A stretch of DNA of 64,000 bases from Squalus acanthias (Eukaryota), in NCBI GenBank assembly GCA_030390025.1, contig CM059431.1, positions 129,582,001 through 129,646,000 of the forward strand, given 5' to 3'. Below are positions 48,651-63,362 of this stretch, piece after piece. The position numbers and the translations under genes were made by a program. The notes beneath the pieces are model-generated. The model did not search any database. It was not told the DNA's origin and was given only the letters and a program-made list of their open reading frames with translations. The number at the start of each line of letters is the position of its first letter. Within the stretch, counting starts at the first letter, position 1.

Positions 48651-49593
48651 CCAATCCGAAGACACTTCTTACACCTGTGGTTGTCCTGGACATTCATGGT
48701 TTTCAGAAACTCCCACATCACCAAAAAATAAAATTATAATATGGCAACGACATAAAAACTTCATCATTCACAAACAAATATTTAAATCTACCCATAGGTT
48801 TCCCCATGTCATGTTGGAAATTCACCCAATAAGCACTTGAGTTTCGCTCCTTTCCCAAAGCTTATTTTTTCTGCTGGGTCGTCCCTCCAAGTACTTGGAG
48901 CATCACTGCAGGCCATTCAGCAAGCTGTTGTAGCTCATTTAAGTTTTTTAAGACAAATTGATTAAAGATGGATTGAAGTATTCAACATTTCTAGAGAAGG
49001 AGCCATAGGAGATGTAGTTTTTATGCCTTAAATCAGAGCGATTAAAAAATTAGTATCCAGCAACTCAGGCAGAACTTTCAATCCATCTAAATGAGAGAGG
49101 TCCATTTATGAGTTTCTATTTGTTTCAACAGAGAAAGGGACAATCTGTACGGCTTCAATACTGAGAGCCTTGTGTGTGTGAATGCCATTATGTGATTTCA
49201 GTTTCTTGTAACTGTAGATGTCTTATATCCACCCTTTCCCGTAGATCTGTTTTATAAAAGGTCTTCCTTGTCAGTTGTAAATATATGCATGTCATGGCTA
49301 ATGTGTGTGTATTGCAAAATCAGAACAAGGAAATATTTCTTCTACAATAACATATTAACAAAGCTTGACTTCTAAAGGCTGGGTATTACAAATGAGTCTT
49401 ATAATGAAAATGGGTAGCCACATTGAAATATTTAGCAAAGTATACAGCTTGAGGTGAAGGTGATTAACTTCTGCTGTTTTATTCTACTGTATTTTGCTGC
49501 CATCTGCCTGCAAAAGTGAAACTTCTAAATAACCAGCAGCTGCTCAATCTATAGGCTAGGGTCTTGATCCACAGACCATTTAATATTCACTTC

Positions 49594-52500
49594 AACAACA
49601 ACTTGCATTTATATAGTGCCTCTGACATAGTAAAACATCCCAAGGTGCTTCAGAGGAGCGTAATCAGACAAAAATAGACACTGAGCCAAAGAAGGAGGCA
49701 TTAGGACAGATGACCAAAAGCTTAGTCAAAAGAGGAGGCTTTAAGTAACGTCCTAAAGGAGGAGAGAGGTGGAGAGACAGAGAGGTTTAGGGAGTGAATT
49801 CCAGAGCTTAAGGCCTAGATGGCTACAGGCACGGCCACCAGTGGTGGGGCAAAGAATGCACAAGAATCCAGAGTTGGAGGAACGCAGAGTTCACGGATGA
49901 TTGTAGGGTGGAGAAGGTTACAGAGATAGGGAGGAGCGAGGCCATGGAGGGATTTGAACATAAGATGAGAACTTTAAAATCGAGGCATTGGTGGACTAGG
50001 AGCCAATATAACGAGCACAGGTGTGATGGGTGAACCGATCTTGGTGCGAGTTAGGATACGAGCAGCAGTTTTGGGTGAGGTAAAGTTTATGGAGGGTGGA
50101 AGATGGGAGGCTGGCCAGGAGAGCATTGGAATAGGAAGTAAAAAAAGCATGGATGAAGTTTAGTAGTAGATGGCTGAGGCGGGGTGGAGATGGACAATAT
50201 TACAGAGGTGGAAGTAGGTGGTCTTTGTGATGGACAGAATTTGGGGTCAGAAGCTTAGCTTAGGGTCAAATAGGATGCAGAGGTTGTGTATAGTCTGGTT
50301 CAGCATAAGACAGTGGCCAGGGAGGGGGATGGAATTGGTGGTAAGGGAGCAGAGTTTGTGGCCGGGGCCAAAGACAATGGCTTTGGTCTTCCCAATGTTT
50401 AATTGCTGGAGATTTCGGCTCATCCAGGACTGGATGTCGGACAAGCAGTCTGACAACACAGGCACAGTGGATGGGTCGAGTGAGTTGGTTGTGGGGTAAA
50501 GCTGTGACACTGGCCACGATTTTACGAACCTCGGCGGATCCGTGGCAGGCGATGTCGGTGGCGGGTCCCGACCCCACTGCTGGCTCCATCCCGGCCTCTG
50601 AAATTAATTTCTCCTTTTTGAGCCCGCCCAGCGCATTTCCAGGCCAATTAGAGGAAGCCGGTCTGGTGATGTCATTTGATGACGCGTCATCAGCCGGTTT
50701 CTTTAAAGAGACCATGTCCAAATTTATTTTGACATTTGTGCTGTCAGTGTTCTACAGCATTGAGGTGCTGCAAACACTGACAAGCACTGCAAAAAGGCAC
50801 AGGGCTGCACCCAGACTCTTATGCTTATGGAGAGAGTCACAGCATGCAGAGAGGTCCTCTTCCCTTCCTATGGGCAGAAGAGACCTCCCCAGAAGATCAA
50901 CACAGCCTGATTGCACATTGCAGAGGAGGGCACAAGCAGGGATGTGGTCAGGAGAACCTGGGTGCAATGCCGCAAACATTTCAATGATCTCAGTAGATCA
51001 CGAAACGTTAGTACAAAGCCACACTCAACCTCATCTTGCTGTGCTTCTCATCACATCCCCATCACTCTGCCTTCCCTACCCTACTCCTGCACATCCTTAC
51101 TCACACCAACTTACCTTGTACCTCCACTCATCCCTATCTACATTATCACATCCCCATCTTACTAGCCACCCCTCACACTCACCCTCATCCTAATGTAATC
51201 ATTCCAACTAACAACACACTAAGGTAGGCACTTGGTTGTTTTATCCAATGTTCATGTCAAGTTTCTGTTAATGTGGTGTCAAACATTGAAACCTTTATTT
51301 TCAACACTTTGCGTTCTTGGACAGATTTCTGTGCACCTTTGGAAGCGGCTTAGTGAATTGCAGTGAATGGTGAGATATAACGGTACCCCCCGTAATGGTG
51401 AGGAGTGTGAAAGGAATGGCTTGGCCATTGTAGGGATGCTTTATGGTGTTGGTGTGGGGTGGTGCCAACCTTGTGCATCATGTGGCAGCCAGCATGTACA
51501 GCGTCAAGTGAAGTAAATCTGGCCATGGTGAGGCCATCCCTGGCCTCCCGGGAAGCAATGTGGTCGGGTGCTGATGCCCTGTGTCCTGTGCAGCATCAGT
51601 TGATTGCGGAGAAGGTTGGTGTTGTTGTTGGTGCTGCTGGTGTGCCTGGTGCTGCTGGTGTTGGGGCTGATCGTGGTGGGATTCTGAGGACCAAGGTGAG
51701 AGAGTTTCAAGGGCACCCATGCTGATGGAATAGATGGCAGGTGAAGTAGAGGAGACAGAAGCAATCTGTCAATGGTGGGAGAGTTAATGAGGTCAGACTG
51801 GATGGAGACTTGTGTAAAGACTTGCAGCATCCTGAATCTGTAGTGGAAATGCTTTTGGAGAAGCTAGTAGTTAAGGGAACATATCTCAATCAGCTGGGAG
51901 TTTTGACTTGACATTTGAAGCTGTCAACTCATCAGCTGATTCAATGGCCACTGACCTCCCACCTCAGCTTCATAGCGAGATCCCCGAGCAGTGAGGACCC
52001 CGTGGGTGAGCACATAAAATCGAAAGGTGAGCTTAAATGCTTTCTTAATCATTTCTAAACAAGGTCATAATGACCTGAATTGGATCCCCCACCGCTACAT
52101 GTCGGGTCTGCTCAGCGCTGACAGACCCGACATTTGGTAAAGGCGTATGGCGGTGGGGTCACAGCGGGGTCCCGACCCACTGATGAAAATAAACTTTCCC
52201 ACCTGACCCGCCACCTGACCCCCCCCCCCCCCGCAAAATACAGCCCATTGTGTCTTCGGATAACGTTGTCAAGGGGCAGCATGTAGATGAGAAATAGGTA
52301 GGGGCCAAGGATAAATCCTTGGGGGACTCCAGAGGCAATGGTACAGAGGCAGGGAAAAAAAAGCCATTGCAGGAGATTCTCTGGCTATGACTGGTTAGGT
52401 AATAGTGGAACCAGGTGAGGGTAGTCCCACTCAACTGGAAAATGGAGGAGAGGCATTGGAACAGGATGGTGTGGTTAACCATGTCAAAGGCTGTAGATAG

Positions 52501-52670
52501 GTCAAGGATGATGAGGAGGGATAGTTCACCATGGGTACAGTCACAGAGAATATAATTTGTGACTTTTATTAGGGCCGTTTGTGCTTTGGCATGGGTAAAA
52601 ACTTGATTTGAAAGGTTCAAATACGGAGTTGAGGGAAAGGTGGGTAAGGATTTGGGAGGCAACAACAAAT
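49594..52670 (-). mobile_element. L2 LINE split by Harbinger 5
   Basis: (CAA)n tail at left; CLSDIQSWMSRN; LDLSTAFDMVNH in 52247-52670. Confidence 0.88.
50512..52246 (-). mobile_element. Harbinger 5, deletion derivative related to Harbinger 1
   Basis: TIRs GGCCACGATTTTACG / CGCAAAATACAGCCC; flanks ACT/ATT; Myb exon 1 remnant (WVQCRKHFNDL, ~50780-51005, +) and Q/H-rich transposase start (~51720, -). Confidence 0.8.
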
Positions 52671-54226
52671 TCAACTTGTCCTCAAATGTAGCAGGGACTG
52701 TTCAGCTAATCATCATGTTACTGTAATAAGAACATTCACAAGGATTTTTATCTTTTATCAAATAGTCTGAAAATTCTAGCATTGGATTTTTGGTAATTTG
52801 GGACATTTAATAATTACTTTTGTTTATATGAAACCTTTTTGAGAGTTTATTATTCACAATCAGTTATGAAACCCAATTTCATTTATGAATCTCGGCTGCT
52901 GTAAAAATAAATAAAATGCCGCACAAACTGGCTTCATTTATTTCAGTAACGCTCCAGCACAACCAGCACACCAAAGAATGAGGGCAGGAGGAACACAAGC
53001 TCCATCCACCTGACCCATTTCAAATGCTGCCAGATTTCAGCCTGAGTCCCAGACCCCTTGATTTCTTACAGACCCAGTCCCCTTCCCAGTCAGTGCTCCC
53101 AGGCTCCAAGTCTGCTCCCCAAGAGTGCTGTCAGATTCCAGACCCCTTTCCTTTAGTACCCTGAGGTCCTAGGCCCCATTTCCAGGCTGTTCTCAAACAA
53201 AGGCTTTTCCATCCTGCCAGGCCCAATTGCTACCAATCCCCAGTCCCCAAGAATGGTACTATAGGGAGCTCTGCTGCAGATCCCCAGAAGTCTGGATCCT
53301 TATCGTCATCAGCTGAGGACAGACCTAAGCTTATCTCTGGACAACAAGTTCTCGCTCCTCCTGACAACACCATTAGCTGCTTCTTCTAACTAGAGTCTAC
53401 TGTCAACATCACAAGCAGGAGATGTACTTTTGCTGCTGCTGGGCATGGTTAGGTTGAAGTAAGCTGTGTGCTGTGAGATTCAAGGTTTCTCTGGGTCCCT
53501 GATTCAGTTTCCTGTGGCACATCTATAGAAAGAGAAGAAAAAGTGATACCTTGATGACAAATTGACAAGATGCAAGAGTAGATTTTCTACTTCACCATGC
53601 CTGGGAAATTAGCATTTACCAGCTACAGTGGAATGGAGACCCATTATGTCAGCACTCCGCACGTTTTGCATTCCGCCAGGATTTTTTGGGGGCTTTCCCA
53701 GTTGGCATCAGTAGGCCTGCAGCTAAAGTAGACGCAAGCCCAGCATTGCTGTTTTATTGAGGCAGGAGGTGATGTTCCTGGCCTCGCATTCCATTTTTCT
53801 CAGTATGGCCATTGGGCAGCCCAGCAGAGGTGAAATATGGTGCAAGGGCCTGCCCAAGGATCCCCATAGACCAAAAGGCCTGTGGGGATGCCTAGGGCAA
53901 GCCAAAGACTTAACAAATGTGAGATAATTTTATAACTCTCCCCAGGAAACTGAAGATCTTGAGGATGAGCAGCTGCTACTCTCCAGCAATGGTCAAATGA
54001 CCACAATGGTGCCAGCCAGAAACACAGTTGCAGTCCATCAAAATAGCTTTGCTGAAGAAAATAACAGGATCCTCTTGAATATCAGGTGTAGTACTGTTGG
54101 GCATTCAACGGACACAAATAAAAGAAAATTTATGCTGCATGCCACTAAATTAGTGACATGGGATTATTCTTCATCGTGTGAGTGAATAAATAAGATGGGG
54201 AGAATATAAGTGTTACACAACCCTAG

Positions 54227-57200
54227 AGGGGCGATTTTGGCTAAATACTTTAGGTGCTAAGGAGGTAAAGAGGTGGCCAAGGTGGGGTCTTCAGCCACAG
54301 CCGCAGAGGCCACCTTGGTAAAGGGGTTGAAGCCACCGCTAGGAACGGCCACTTGGAGGATCGTTAAGGGGCTGATTGACAATTAACTTGCCTGCTAGCG
54401 CTCATTAAAGAGGCTTTACACTATTTTGGTGGAAAATGCTTAATTTAACGACCTCGCCTAACAGCGGCCAGCTGAACAGGAGTAAACAAGTCCTTGCTGA
54501 GTATTTTGAGTGCTGCTTAAAGCTATGCTCAGCTTTCAATGTTCACTTGCTGATTGAGATCGACTGACTACATTGCGTTTCAAGAGGACTATTGAGACAC
54601 ATCGGGAGACTTTCTGGAACATTGTCAAGACTTCACCAACACTGTATCAACATTTTTCCTGGAAATTCTCTCAGGACTTCACCTAAAAAGAGTGAGTGTT
54701 GTGCTGCTCTACCTTATTGAATGCCTTATAAGAGTCACCAGAAGAAAGGAAGTGCTTGGTCAGGGGCATCTTGATAGGGTCCCCCTTGCTCTGCATGAGG
54801 AATGGGAGGAGGAAATGAGGCTAGGCAGAGCAGCACTAGCTGCTGCAGGAGAGACGGACAGGAGGGACAGGAAGGCGAGGAGGACTCTCAGCAGGAGGGC
54901 CTATCCACCCAGGGTATTCAGAGAGCAATACACCTGCATTCACATGACCCAAGACCAGTGCATGACGAGGCTACGCTTTTAGAGATCTATGGCCTCGTGG
55001 AAGGAAGACTCAAACGTCACAGCACAGCCAAGACTGCATTGCTTGTGGCAGTCAAGGTCACAGTAGCACTTAACTTTTATGCTACTGGAACCTTTCAGGC
55101 TGCCACAGGCGATATAAATATCACATCTCACAATCCTCTGTGCATGTCTGCCTAAAGGAGGTCTCTGCAGCTCTATATGCTCTGAGGAATGACTATATAT
55201 CATTGCTTATTGCCATAGAAGACCAGAGGCAGAGAGCAGTAGGATTGGACAGGACTGCGGGATTCCCCATGGTCCAGGAAGCCACTGACTGCACACATGA
55301 GGCCATGCGAGCCCCTCATTTAAATTCGGAGGTGTTCAGAGCAGGAAGGGATTCCATTCCCTAAATGTACAGCTTGTCTGCAACCACCGGCAGTGTATCA
55401 TGCAGGTGAATGCCTGCTATCCAGGGAGCTGCCATGATGCATTTATAATGAGACAATCATCCGTCCCACAAAACTTTGAGCCCCAACGCAATGTGCATGG
55501 CTGGCTACTAGGTGACAAGGGATACCCTCTGATGCCATGGCCCATGACTCCCCTGAGAAATCCCCAGACACCAGCTGAGCACTCATACAATGAGAGCCAC
55601 CAGAATATCATTGAGCAGACCATTGGGGTCCTCAAGCAGAGGCTTAAATGCCTTGACCGGTCAGGAGGTGCTCTGCAGTACTCGGCCGAGAGGATGTCTA
55701 CATTCGTGTGGTTTGCTGCATGCTCCACAATCTGGCGATCATGAGAGACCAGCCATTACCACCAGCAATTGTGCCAGGGGGGCAAGCTCAGGAGCCATAG
55801 AGGAGGAAGAGGAGGTGGAGGAGGAGGGGAACCAGGGGGAGCACCAGAGGCGTTCAGGTAGATAGGCCACACCTGGGAGGGGTGCTCGCCGCCATCTAAT
55901 TGAACAGCGCTTTTGAGAGACGTGCTCCACCATCAGACTCTGGAGCACTGCTGCGACCTGATGTACCTTCCATGGCTTAGGATCCATCAGGCAGTCCATC
56001 ATCTGCACTCAATCCTTTCAACCCCTTCCCCATGAAGATCACAATAAAAAAGACCACCGATTCCACCCCTACCCAATTACCATAATCACTGTTTATATAC
56101 ATCAAAAAACAAAATATGCAAACATGACAGAACCAACATCACTTAAAAATATTAAACTATTCAGCCTGGTGCTTACCCTTAGTGGCTATCTATAAGTGCT
56201 CTTGTATAATCTAGAGCTTCTACAAAGTGCAACCCCAGTGGCAGCAGCAGGCGAAGTGGATGGCTGCTGAGAATCTGAAGAGGGCAGTTCAGATGTCCTC
56301 CTGGGATGCCCCGAGAGGCTGTGGGCCGTGATGGCCCCGCCTCAGACTGCACCATCTCAGCATGGGCTTCAGCAGTCTGGACCGTCCGGCTAACAGGCAA
56401 CGGCAAGGGCAATGGTGGAGTGGTGGGGGAGGGAGCAGGAATGCTGGCATCGAGAGAGAGGGCAGTAAGTTCCTGCTCCGTGATTCCCACGCCACTACCT
56501 CGGGGCCTCTGTTCAGCCCGCCCAGTGATCTGGTGGAGGACAAATCTGTGGGCATTGGAGAGACTCTGCAAGCCCCTTTCAACCGAGGAGCCCAGAGCCA
56601 CCATGGCAGCTGCCTGAGCTTCCGTTGCAGCAGTTTGCCATTCCATGCAAGCTGCAATAACTGCAGTGGAAGCTGCGACCTCATTCTTCAGACGGTGCAT
56701 GATGACGGGCTCCATAGATCGCTGGCTGGAAGTCATCAGACTCTCCACGCTGGTGAGGATGGGTTCCAGGCTCTGCGTCCAGCCATGGACCAAGGTGGAG
56801 GCGGACTCCTCCATCCCCCTAGTCACAACCCGTAGGCTTTCAGGCAGGCTCTCCGTTGCACCAAGCATTTGGTTTGTCACACCTATCAGCCTTCTTCTGA
56901 AGCTTGGCCCTGCGAGGTCCTCATCTGACGCCGCTGAAGCAGAACTAGTATACGACCTTGCCTCCCCCACCCCGGAAAGATGGCACCTGTGGTGTCCCTT
57001 CCACCCTGCATGGCTGCTGCCCAATAGTGTCCGGTGCATCCCGGTGACGATCCCTCTTCTAAGCTAGCCTCTAAGTTGTGCATGGTGTCAGTCTCTGAGT
57101 TGGTGCCTGTGACAGTGGTAGCCATTGACACAGTGCATTCGTCCTCGCTCTCCTCCTCCTCATCCAGGGCAAGGTGGCTGTTGCTCTTCCTGAAACTGCT

Positions 57201-58292
57201 CCACGAGGTGAGGTGCATCTTGCTCCTGGAAGCCTGCAATGATAAAGCTAGAAGGGTTAGGGTGCAGTGCGTGTGGCCACTATAGGAGGATGTGTGTGAG
57301 GAGACCATATGGAGCTTGGGAGTGAGGATAGCTTTGGGTGATTAGGAATCAGGAATAGTTGAGCATCAGCAAGGAAGCTGCAGTGGCCACTTACCTCTAG
57401 GCGAGATGCCTCCTGTTCTGCCTCTGGCTACAGCGACTGCCACTCACCTCCCGATCACAGCCAACACTGCCTCCTCAAGGGAAGTGATATCATGAAGTTG
57501 TGTTCCCCCTCCCCCAGACAGGTCCTGCTGTCACCTGTTATATGCTAATTTTTCCTGGAAAAGAAAGAGTGGTGATTGTGAATGAGTGTATTAGCAGGTG
57601 TATTTGTGTGTATGTGATGCCTCACATGGTTGAAGAGCTGTGAGATGTGTCAGACGTGTGAGTAGTGCCTGTGAAGGATGCAATATCGTGGGGTGTGTGA
57701 ATCTCAGTGTATAGTTAGACGGTGGATGATGTGTGTTGAGATTGTGATGCTGGTGGTGGTGCAGTTATTGAAAAGTGTGTTTGTGAGATGGGATCTTACC
57801 TTGGCCACTCGTGTCAAGTCATTAAATTTCTTGCGGCACTGGGGCCATCTCCTGGGGCCAGGGCTCCTAGCTGTGACCTCCCAGGCAATCTTGTCCCACA
57901 TGCAGTGAATCAGCGCTTCCCCCTGCAGGTAGAGGACATCGCTCCTCCTCTCTGCCTCCTCCACCAGGACCTCAATGCCGCATTGGAGAACCTGGCCACC
58001 CTCTCTCTTGCTCCTTGAGGCATCATTTCACTCCCAGCCAGCGCACTCCACACCTTCAGTGGAAGTGGGTGAGTTTAGGCTACATATACAGCTCCAGGAA
58101 AACTGTATCTAATCAGCTCTTGAGTGCTAAACATGCAGTTGTCGATTTCAGCACCTGCAGGCAAGATCAAATCCTGATAATCGTCAATTAGCCCAAAAAT
58201 TGCGCGCTAAATCCAGACTGTCAAACAGGTGTCTCTTATTAACACAGCACCCATTTAGCGCCTCTTTTCCTCCTTTGGACAAAATAACTCCC
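54227..58292 (+). mobile_element. Harbinger 6, full length but degraded: transposase ~54760-55915 (+), Myb gene ~58023-56180 (-)
   Basis: TIRs AGGGGCGATTTT / AAAATAACTCCC; flanks TAG/TAA; VAVKVTVALNFYATG, PGSCHD, GDKGYP, QCRKKFNDL. Confidence 0.85.
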
Positions 58293-59759
58293 TAATTCTT
58301 GTGCGGGTAATAAAGCAACAACTGGTTCAATTTATATACATCACTCCAAACTGCCACACACCCCGATCAACTATTCTGGACAGCCAGAGGAAATAGAAGC
58401 TCCTTCCTATTGCATTTGATCCAGTAACATTTCTGCTGCCCCATCTGAAAACCAGGTTGTTCTGCTGCTCTCCATGACTACTCATTGACATTAAAGGTGG
58501 CTCACAAGAGCATTTTATTTTTCCTTTGGTCAATATTACAACAAAACCCTTAAAGGTCTGGGGCATCCCAAGGTTTCCCACCCACCAATGGGCGAGCTAC
58601 CATTCAGGGGTGTTCATCATGGCTGGTGCTCACCCACATGATGCATAATTGTCTGAACCCAATAATATAGATGGGCTCAGGGCTACAGTAGTTGAGTCAA
58701 TGCAAACATCAACTAGGCCAACATGCACCCAAATGGAGCGTCGGTAGGAAAGTCAGACCGCCCAAGAGTTTTATAGGAACTGGAATTGGATGGTCAGAAG
58801 CAAATTTAACTGATTTCAGAAACAGAACGCGCTGATCTAATGGGTTCAGCTACTTGCATCCCTTCAAGTGTTGTGCGGTGAACACAAATTCTAATTTCTG
58901 ATTATTTTCTGGTGTCAAAACAAGTAGGTTGTTATGCAGGGAAGCCAGTTGTTATCATTTACTGAGGTGTTAGAGAACATTAACATCTTGGTACCAGGAT
59001 TTCTTCCAAGAAATTACTTGAGCTTCGAAAGGGAAAATATATTTTCAGTGCTCATCAGTTTCTATTCATTAAAGATGGTAACTGATAGAACTCTGTTAGT
59101 AATGATTATGTACCAGAGACAGTGGGGTGATTTTTTTCTGCCATCCACGCATTCACGCTGGGAAATGGGGTAGAGGCAGGCACATAATTTTTTTAAATTC
59201 TACCGCCCACGAACAGCCCAACTAAATTTTTCAAACAGGCCTTGGAATAGTCAGGCAGAACTCCCACTCACAGCAGTATTCCTTATTTACATTTTTAAAA
59301 TTGGGTCCTATGCCAGTCATAGGACCCCAGCGGAATTTTCAGATACACTCCACCCAGTGATACCAGACATACAGTGGCTTTACTAGCTGTCCTCAAAGGG
59401 ATCACTGCAGGCCACTTTGAAATGGGTCAAAACCTCAGTGACGTTGATTTTTGTGGGGTTCTTCCCACCTACTGATTTATAAAGGTTTAGCATCAGAAAT
59501 GTGGGTGCAAGGGATAGTCAGCCTCACAGAATGTTATGCTCATTTAAATTAAAACTGTTTATTTAGACTTTCATGTAGAACTTTGTGAAAAAACTTCTAA
59601 TTCAACTAAAAGCAATAGGAATCCATTGTAGAACTGAAGACAAAATAACGTATTGGTTAAAAAGTATCAAACAATGTGTGCGAAAGATACAATGTCAAAT
59701 GGGGTTGGGGGGGTGGGGGGTGGTATAGAAATTGATGAATTAAGTCCCGCAAACCTCAG

Positions 59760-61070
59760 TGCTTGGACCCCTAAAGTTTCTGATCTACTTAAATGATGTA
59801 GATACTGAAACCAGCTGCAAGCAAATCAAATTTGATAGTGACACAAAAATAGGTAGAGCGTCATAGTCAGAGGATATAGCAAAGCGATATAGATTGGCAA
59901 TGCAATTGAGCAAATATCTTAAAAATAAAATTTCACACTTAAAGTATTACAGCAAAGTGGATCATACGAGTACAATAAATGGAATTGAACTGCCACAGGG
60001 AAACTTCGAAGATGACCTGGGAGTAATAGTAGACTTTCAATATATAATGTGGCAAAGCAAGGATGTACTTACCATAGAGGAAGTGCAACGAAGGTTCACC
60101 AGACTGATTCCTGGTATGGGGGGATTGTCCTATGGGGAGAGATTGAGTAGACTAGCCTATATTCTCTAGAGTTTAGAAGAATGAGAGGTGATCTCATTGA
60201 AACATACAAAATTCTTACAGGGCTTGATAGGGTAGATGCAGGGAGGATGTTTCCCTGGCTGGGGAGTCTAGAACTAGGGGTCACAGTCTCAGAATAAGGG
60301 GTCAGCCATTTAGGACTGAGATGAGGAGAAATTTCTTCACTCAGAGGGTGGTGAATCTTTGGAATTCTCTACCCCAGAGGGCTGTGGAGGCTCAGTCGTT
60401 GCGTATATTCAGGACAGAGATCGATAGATTTTTGAATATTAAGGGAATCAATGGATATGGGGATAGTGCAGGAAAGTGGAGATGAGGTAGAAGATCAGCC
60501 AAGATCTTATTGAATGGCGGAGCAGGCTCGAAGGGCCAAATGGCCTACTCCTGCTCCTATTTCTTATGTTCTTATGTTCTTATGCAAAATAGAATCTAAG
60601 GTATTTAGCCAGAACATTAAAATATAAATCTACAGAAGTTATATTGAGACTTTACATACACTGATCAAATCAGACCTGAAAGGGAACAGAAAAAGGCAAA
60701 ATACACTGACCACCCAGATGGATGCCAATTCTTTCTTTTACTTCTGTAAATGTCTGTACCTTTGCTTAATAGAATTATGAGGGAATGATCCAGGAGGAAT
60801 TAGAGAAGCTTAAACCTTACAGTACAGAAAGAAGGCAGTTTGGCGGGGGTGGGGGGGGGGGGGGGAGGAAGAGGAGGAATATCATTGAAGTATATAAAAT
60901 ATTACATGGCAGAGATAAAGCACACCCTAACTATTACTTCAAAATAAACCAAATAAAGTAATACTGAAAGGAGATTTCTGGAAAAAAAACTTTTAACTCA
61001 GGGGCTCAGCAAAAAATAGTGTGGGAACCTCAGAACTTGAGGAATGGGCCAAATGGCCTTTTCTCATTCC
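59760..61070 (+). mobile_element. Old CR1 remnant holding a younger CR1 3' fragment (~60058-60583)
   Basis: VQRRFTRLIPG, RMRGDLIE, (TTCTTATG)n tail ending 60583; flanks show decayed LNDVD..KFDSDTK and a GGGCCAAATGGCC tail. Confidence 0.8.
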
Positions 61071-62047
61071 TGGCTTTTCTTATTACTCCATAACAGCTAA
61101 TCAAGTGTTAAGATTCTCACTTACTTAGGAGCTGACAACAACTGCTGCCAGAATCTAATTTTTATGCGAATAACAATTCATGCCAATATGATGTCATGTC
61201 ACCTGTTGTTGGAAATGTGGCTGGCTTATAAAATGGCAGCTTTAGACAACTGCTGCAATGTAAAATCTTAGAAACAAATTTCCTATTGAGATAAATTCTG
61301 TTATGTTCTGATCCTCAGTGGCATAAATCTGTGCTCAGAATTACTTAGCAATATTGAATTGAAAGCACCATAGTCTTTTATCAGTATGGAAATCATTCTG
61401 CAACTGTACTCAGCTTGAAAGTTCTGTACATTTTCACTTGATTAATTGAAAAATTTGATAAAGCTGCTACTGAAATCATTGTAGCATTTTCTCCTTAACT
61501 GAAAACTATTCCTGACCATGACCAATGGTTGATGATTTTGCCAAGTGTATCAAACACTAATTGCATCACAATCTGAACAGCTACAGAATTAAACTCAGTA
61601 ATATGTAACTACAGAAGGGGGTATCAAAAATGTATCCCCATTGACAATGTGAATTTGTCAATGCATCTACTTATTAGAGTGCACACATCACAAAAAGAGA
61701 TCGGACGTCTAGTTATCAGCATGTAACCATGGAAACTGGATTTTGTTGGCAACTTCCAAGGTTCTTATTCTGCTGCAATACTACAATAAATAAATTTTAG
61801 TAATCAAGTGGTAGGGGGGATCAAAATGTATTACATATATTCACTGTTCTCAGTGCATTGGATTATTTTAAGTGAAGCAGATTTATTTAAAAAGAGGAAG
61901 TGGAGTTCCTTTGACTTGTGGCTTATTGATTACCTGCTGTGGCAGAAATTAAAGAAGTGTTATCCTCAAATGTTTAAAAGCTAGTGAAATAACTAGGAGA
62001 GCTCTTGGACCATCATTTCCAAGGTTATATTCAAGAAAAATAACATT

Positions 62048-62796
62048 GGCTCCAATATTAATGGGGAGGCAGGAAGGGTGCGGGGGAGCCCGGTACCGGG
62101 CGAAGAACCCAGCAAGGCCAGGGATTTGGAGGCCTTATCGATCTGAATGTCAGTGCCTCATTTAAATAATTTTGTGCAGACTCCCGCCCAACAGCCAGAC
62201 AGATTGACTGATTGGCCAGCGGGTGGGAGCGGACATTTAGCAATAGGAGGCTGCAGTCGGCGACCCGTGGGAACCTGTGGATCTCGGCAGTAGGTGGGGG
62301 TGGAGGGGGAGCCTCAGGCTGTGATCAGGATGGGGGTGGAGGAAGGCTGAGGCCATGATTGGAAAAGGGCGAGGAAGGCTGAGGCCACGATTGGGAGTGG
62401 GGAAGTGGGGAGGTCAAAGCTGGGGAGGTTGAAGGCTTCCTTGTGAGGCCTGGTGGGGAGCAGTCCTGCTACTCTGGCCCACAAGGATCTTCAAACCAGG
62501 TCTGGTCCTCTTCTGGCCAAACAGCTCCTCCCATGTGTTGCTGCTGCCTGGCAGCATATACTTCCTGTGTTGATGTTAAAAATAAGTGGCCGCGCCAATG
62601 ACATCATCGACCCGTGACTTTTGCATATGAAGTAGACCTCCGCCTGCTTTTAGCGGGAGTCTTGTCCTGAATCTGTAAATATTTTGGCGGCCAGGAATGA
62701 GGTCAGGTTGCTCGATTCCGATATTTTAACGCCTCTCCCCCCACCCCCACGACCCTCTTCTGCCCGTTTGGGGGGAGCAGGGTTAAAATAGAGGCC
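62048..62796. mobile_element. Harbinger-type MITE
   Basis: TIRs GGCTCCAATATTAA / TTAAAATAGAGGCC; TSD ATT. Confidence 0.75.
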
Positions 62797-63362
62797 ATTG
62801 TTTCTATTGACACATCTCATTTTGTCTATTGTATATTAAAGTGCTCTCTTTATTTTGGGGATTATTTAGAATTGATAATATAAATTTACGAGACTATGTA
62901 CAGAAATTTATACAGAAAATGCTCCTCTAGAGAATACATTTATAACTTTGGGTGCCTTTTAGGATTCAATTCTAAACAGATTAGCAAACCATAAGGTTAT
63001 TAATTTTATATTTCTCTGTAGCTATTCACAAAAGGACAATGCTTCCTTTAAGAAACAAAGTAATCGAACAGATCATCAAACTACAAAACAAGACAAAACT
63101 AACTTGTTGTTGATAATATTTAATTTGTCCCCCATTTATCAGTTAATATTCTTCTCTTTAACTTCTCCACTTGGGTAACTATTTTGTGCCTTTTTGCATT
63201 ACTATTTCCTTGTAACTGATGAAAAATGCTTCCCAGCCAATCAACACATCACCTCTACACCTTTCACTGAAGGCCCACCAGAGGTAACAATCTCATCATC
63301 TGCTGAATCGTGGATGCAAACCTCTTTTTTTACATGACATGGCAGATTACACTGCTAAACCA

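Noticed and set aside
53300..53900. Minus-strand exon after a strong acceptor at ~53523
   Set aside because: Early stop in the most plausible frame; more likely a decayed Harbinger Myb remnant
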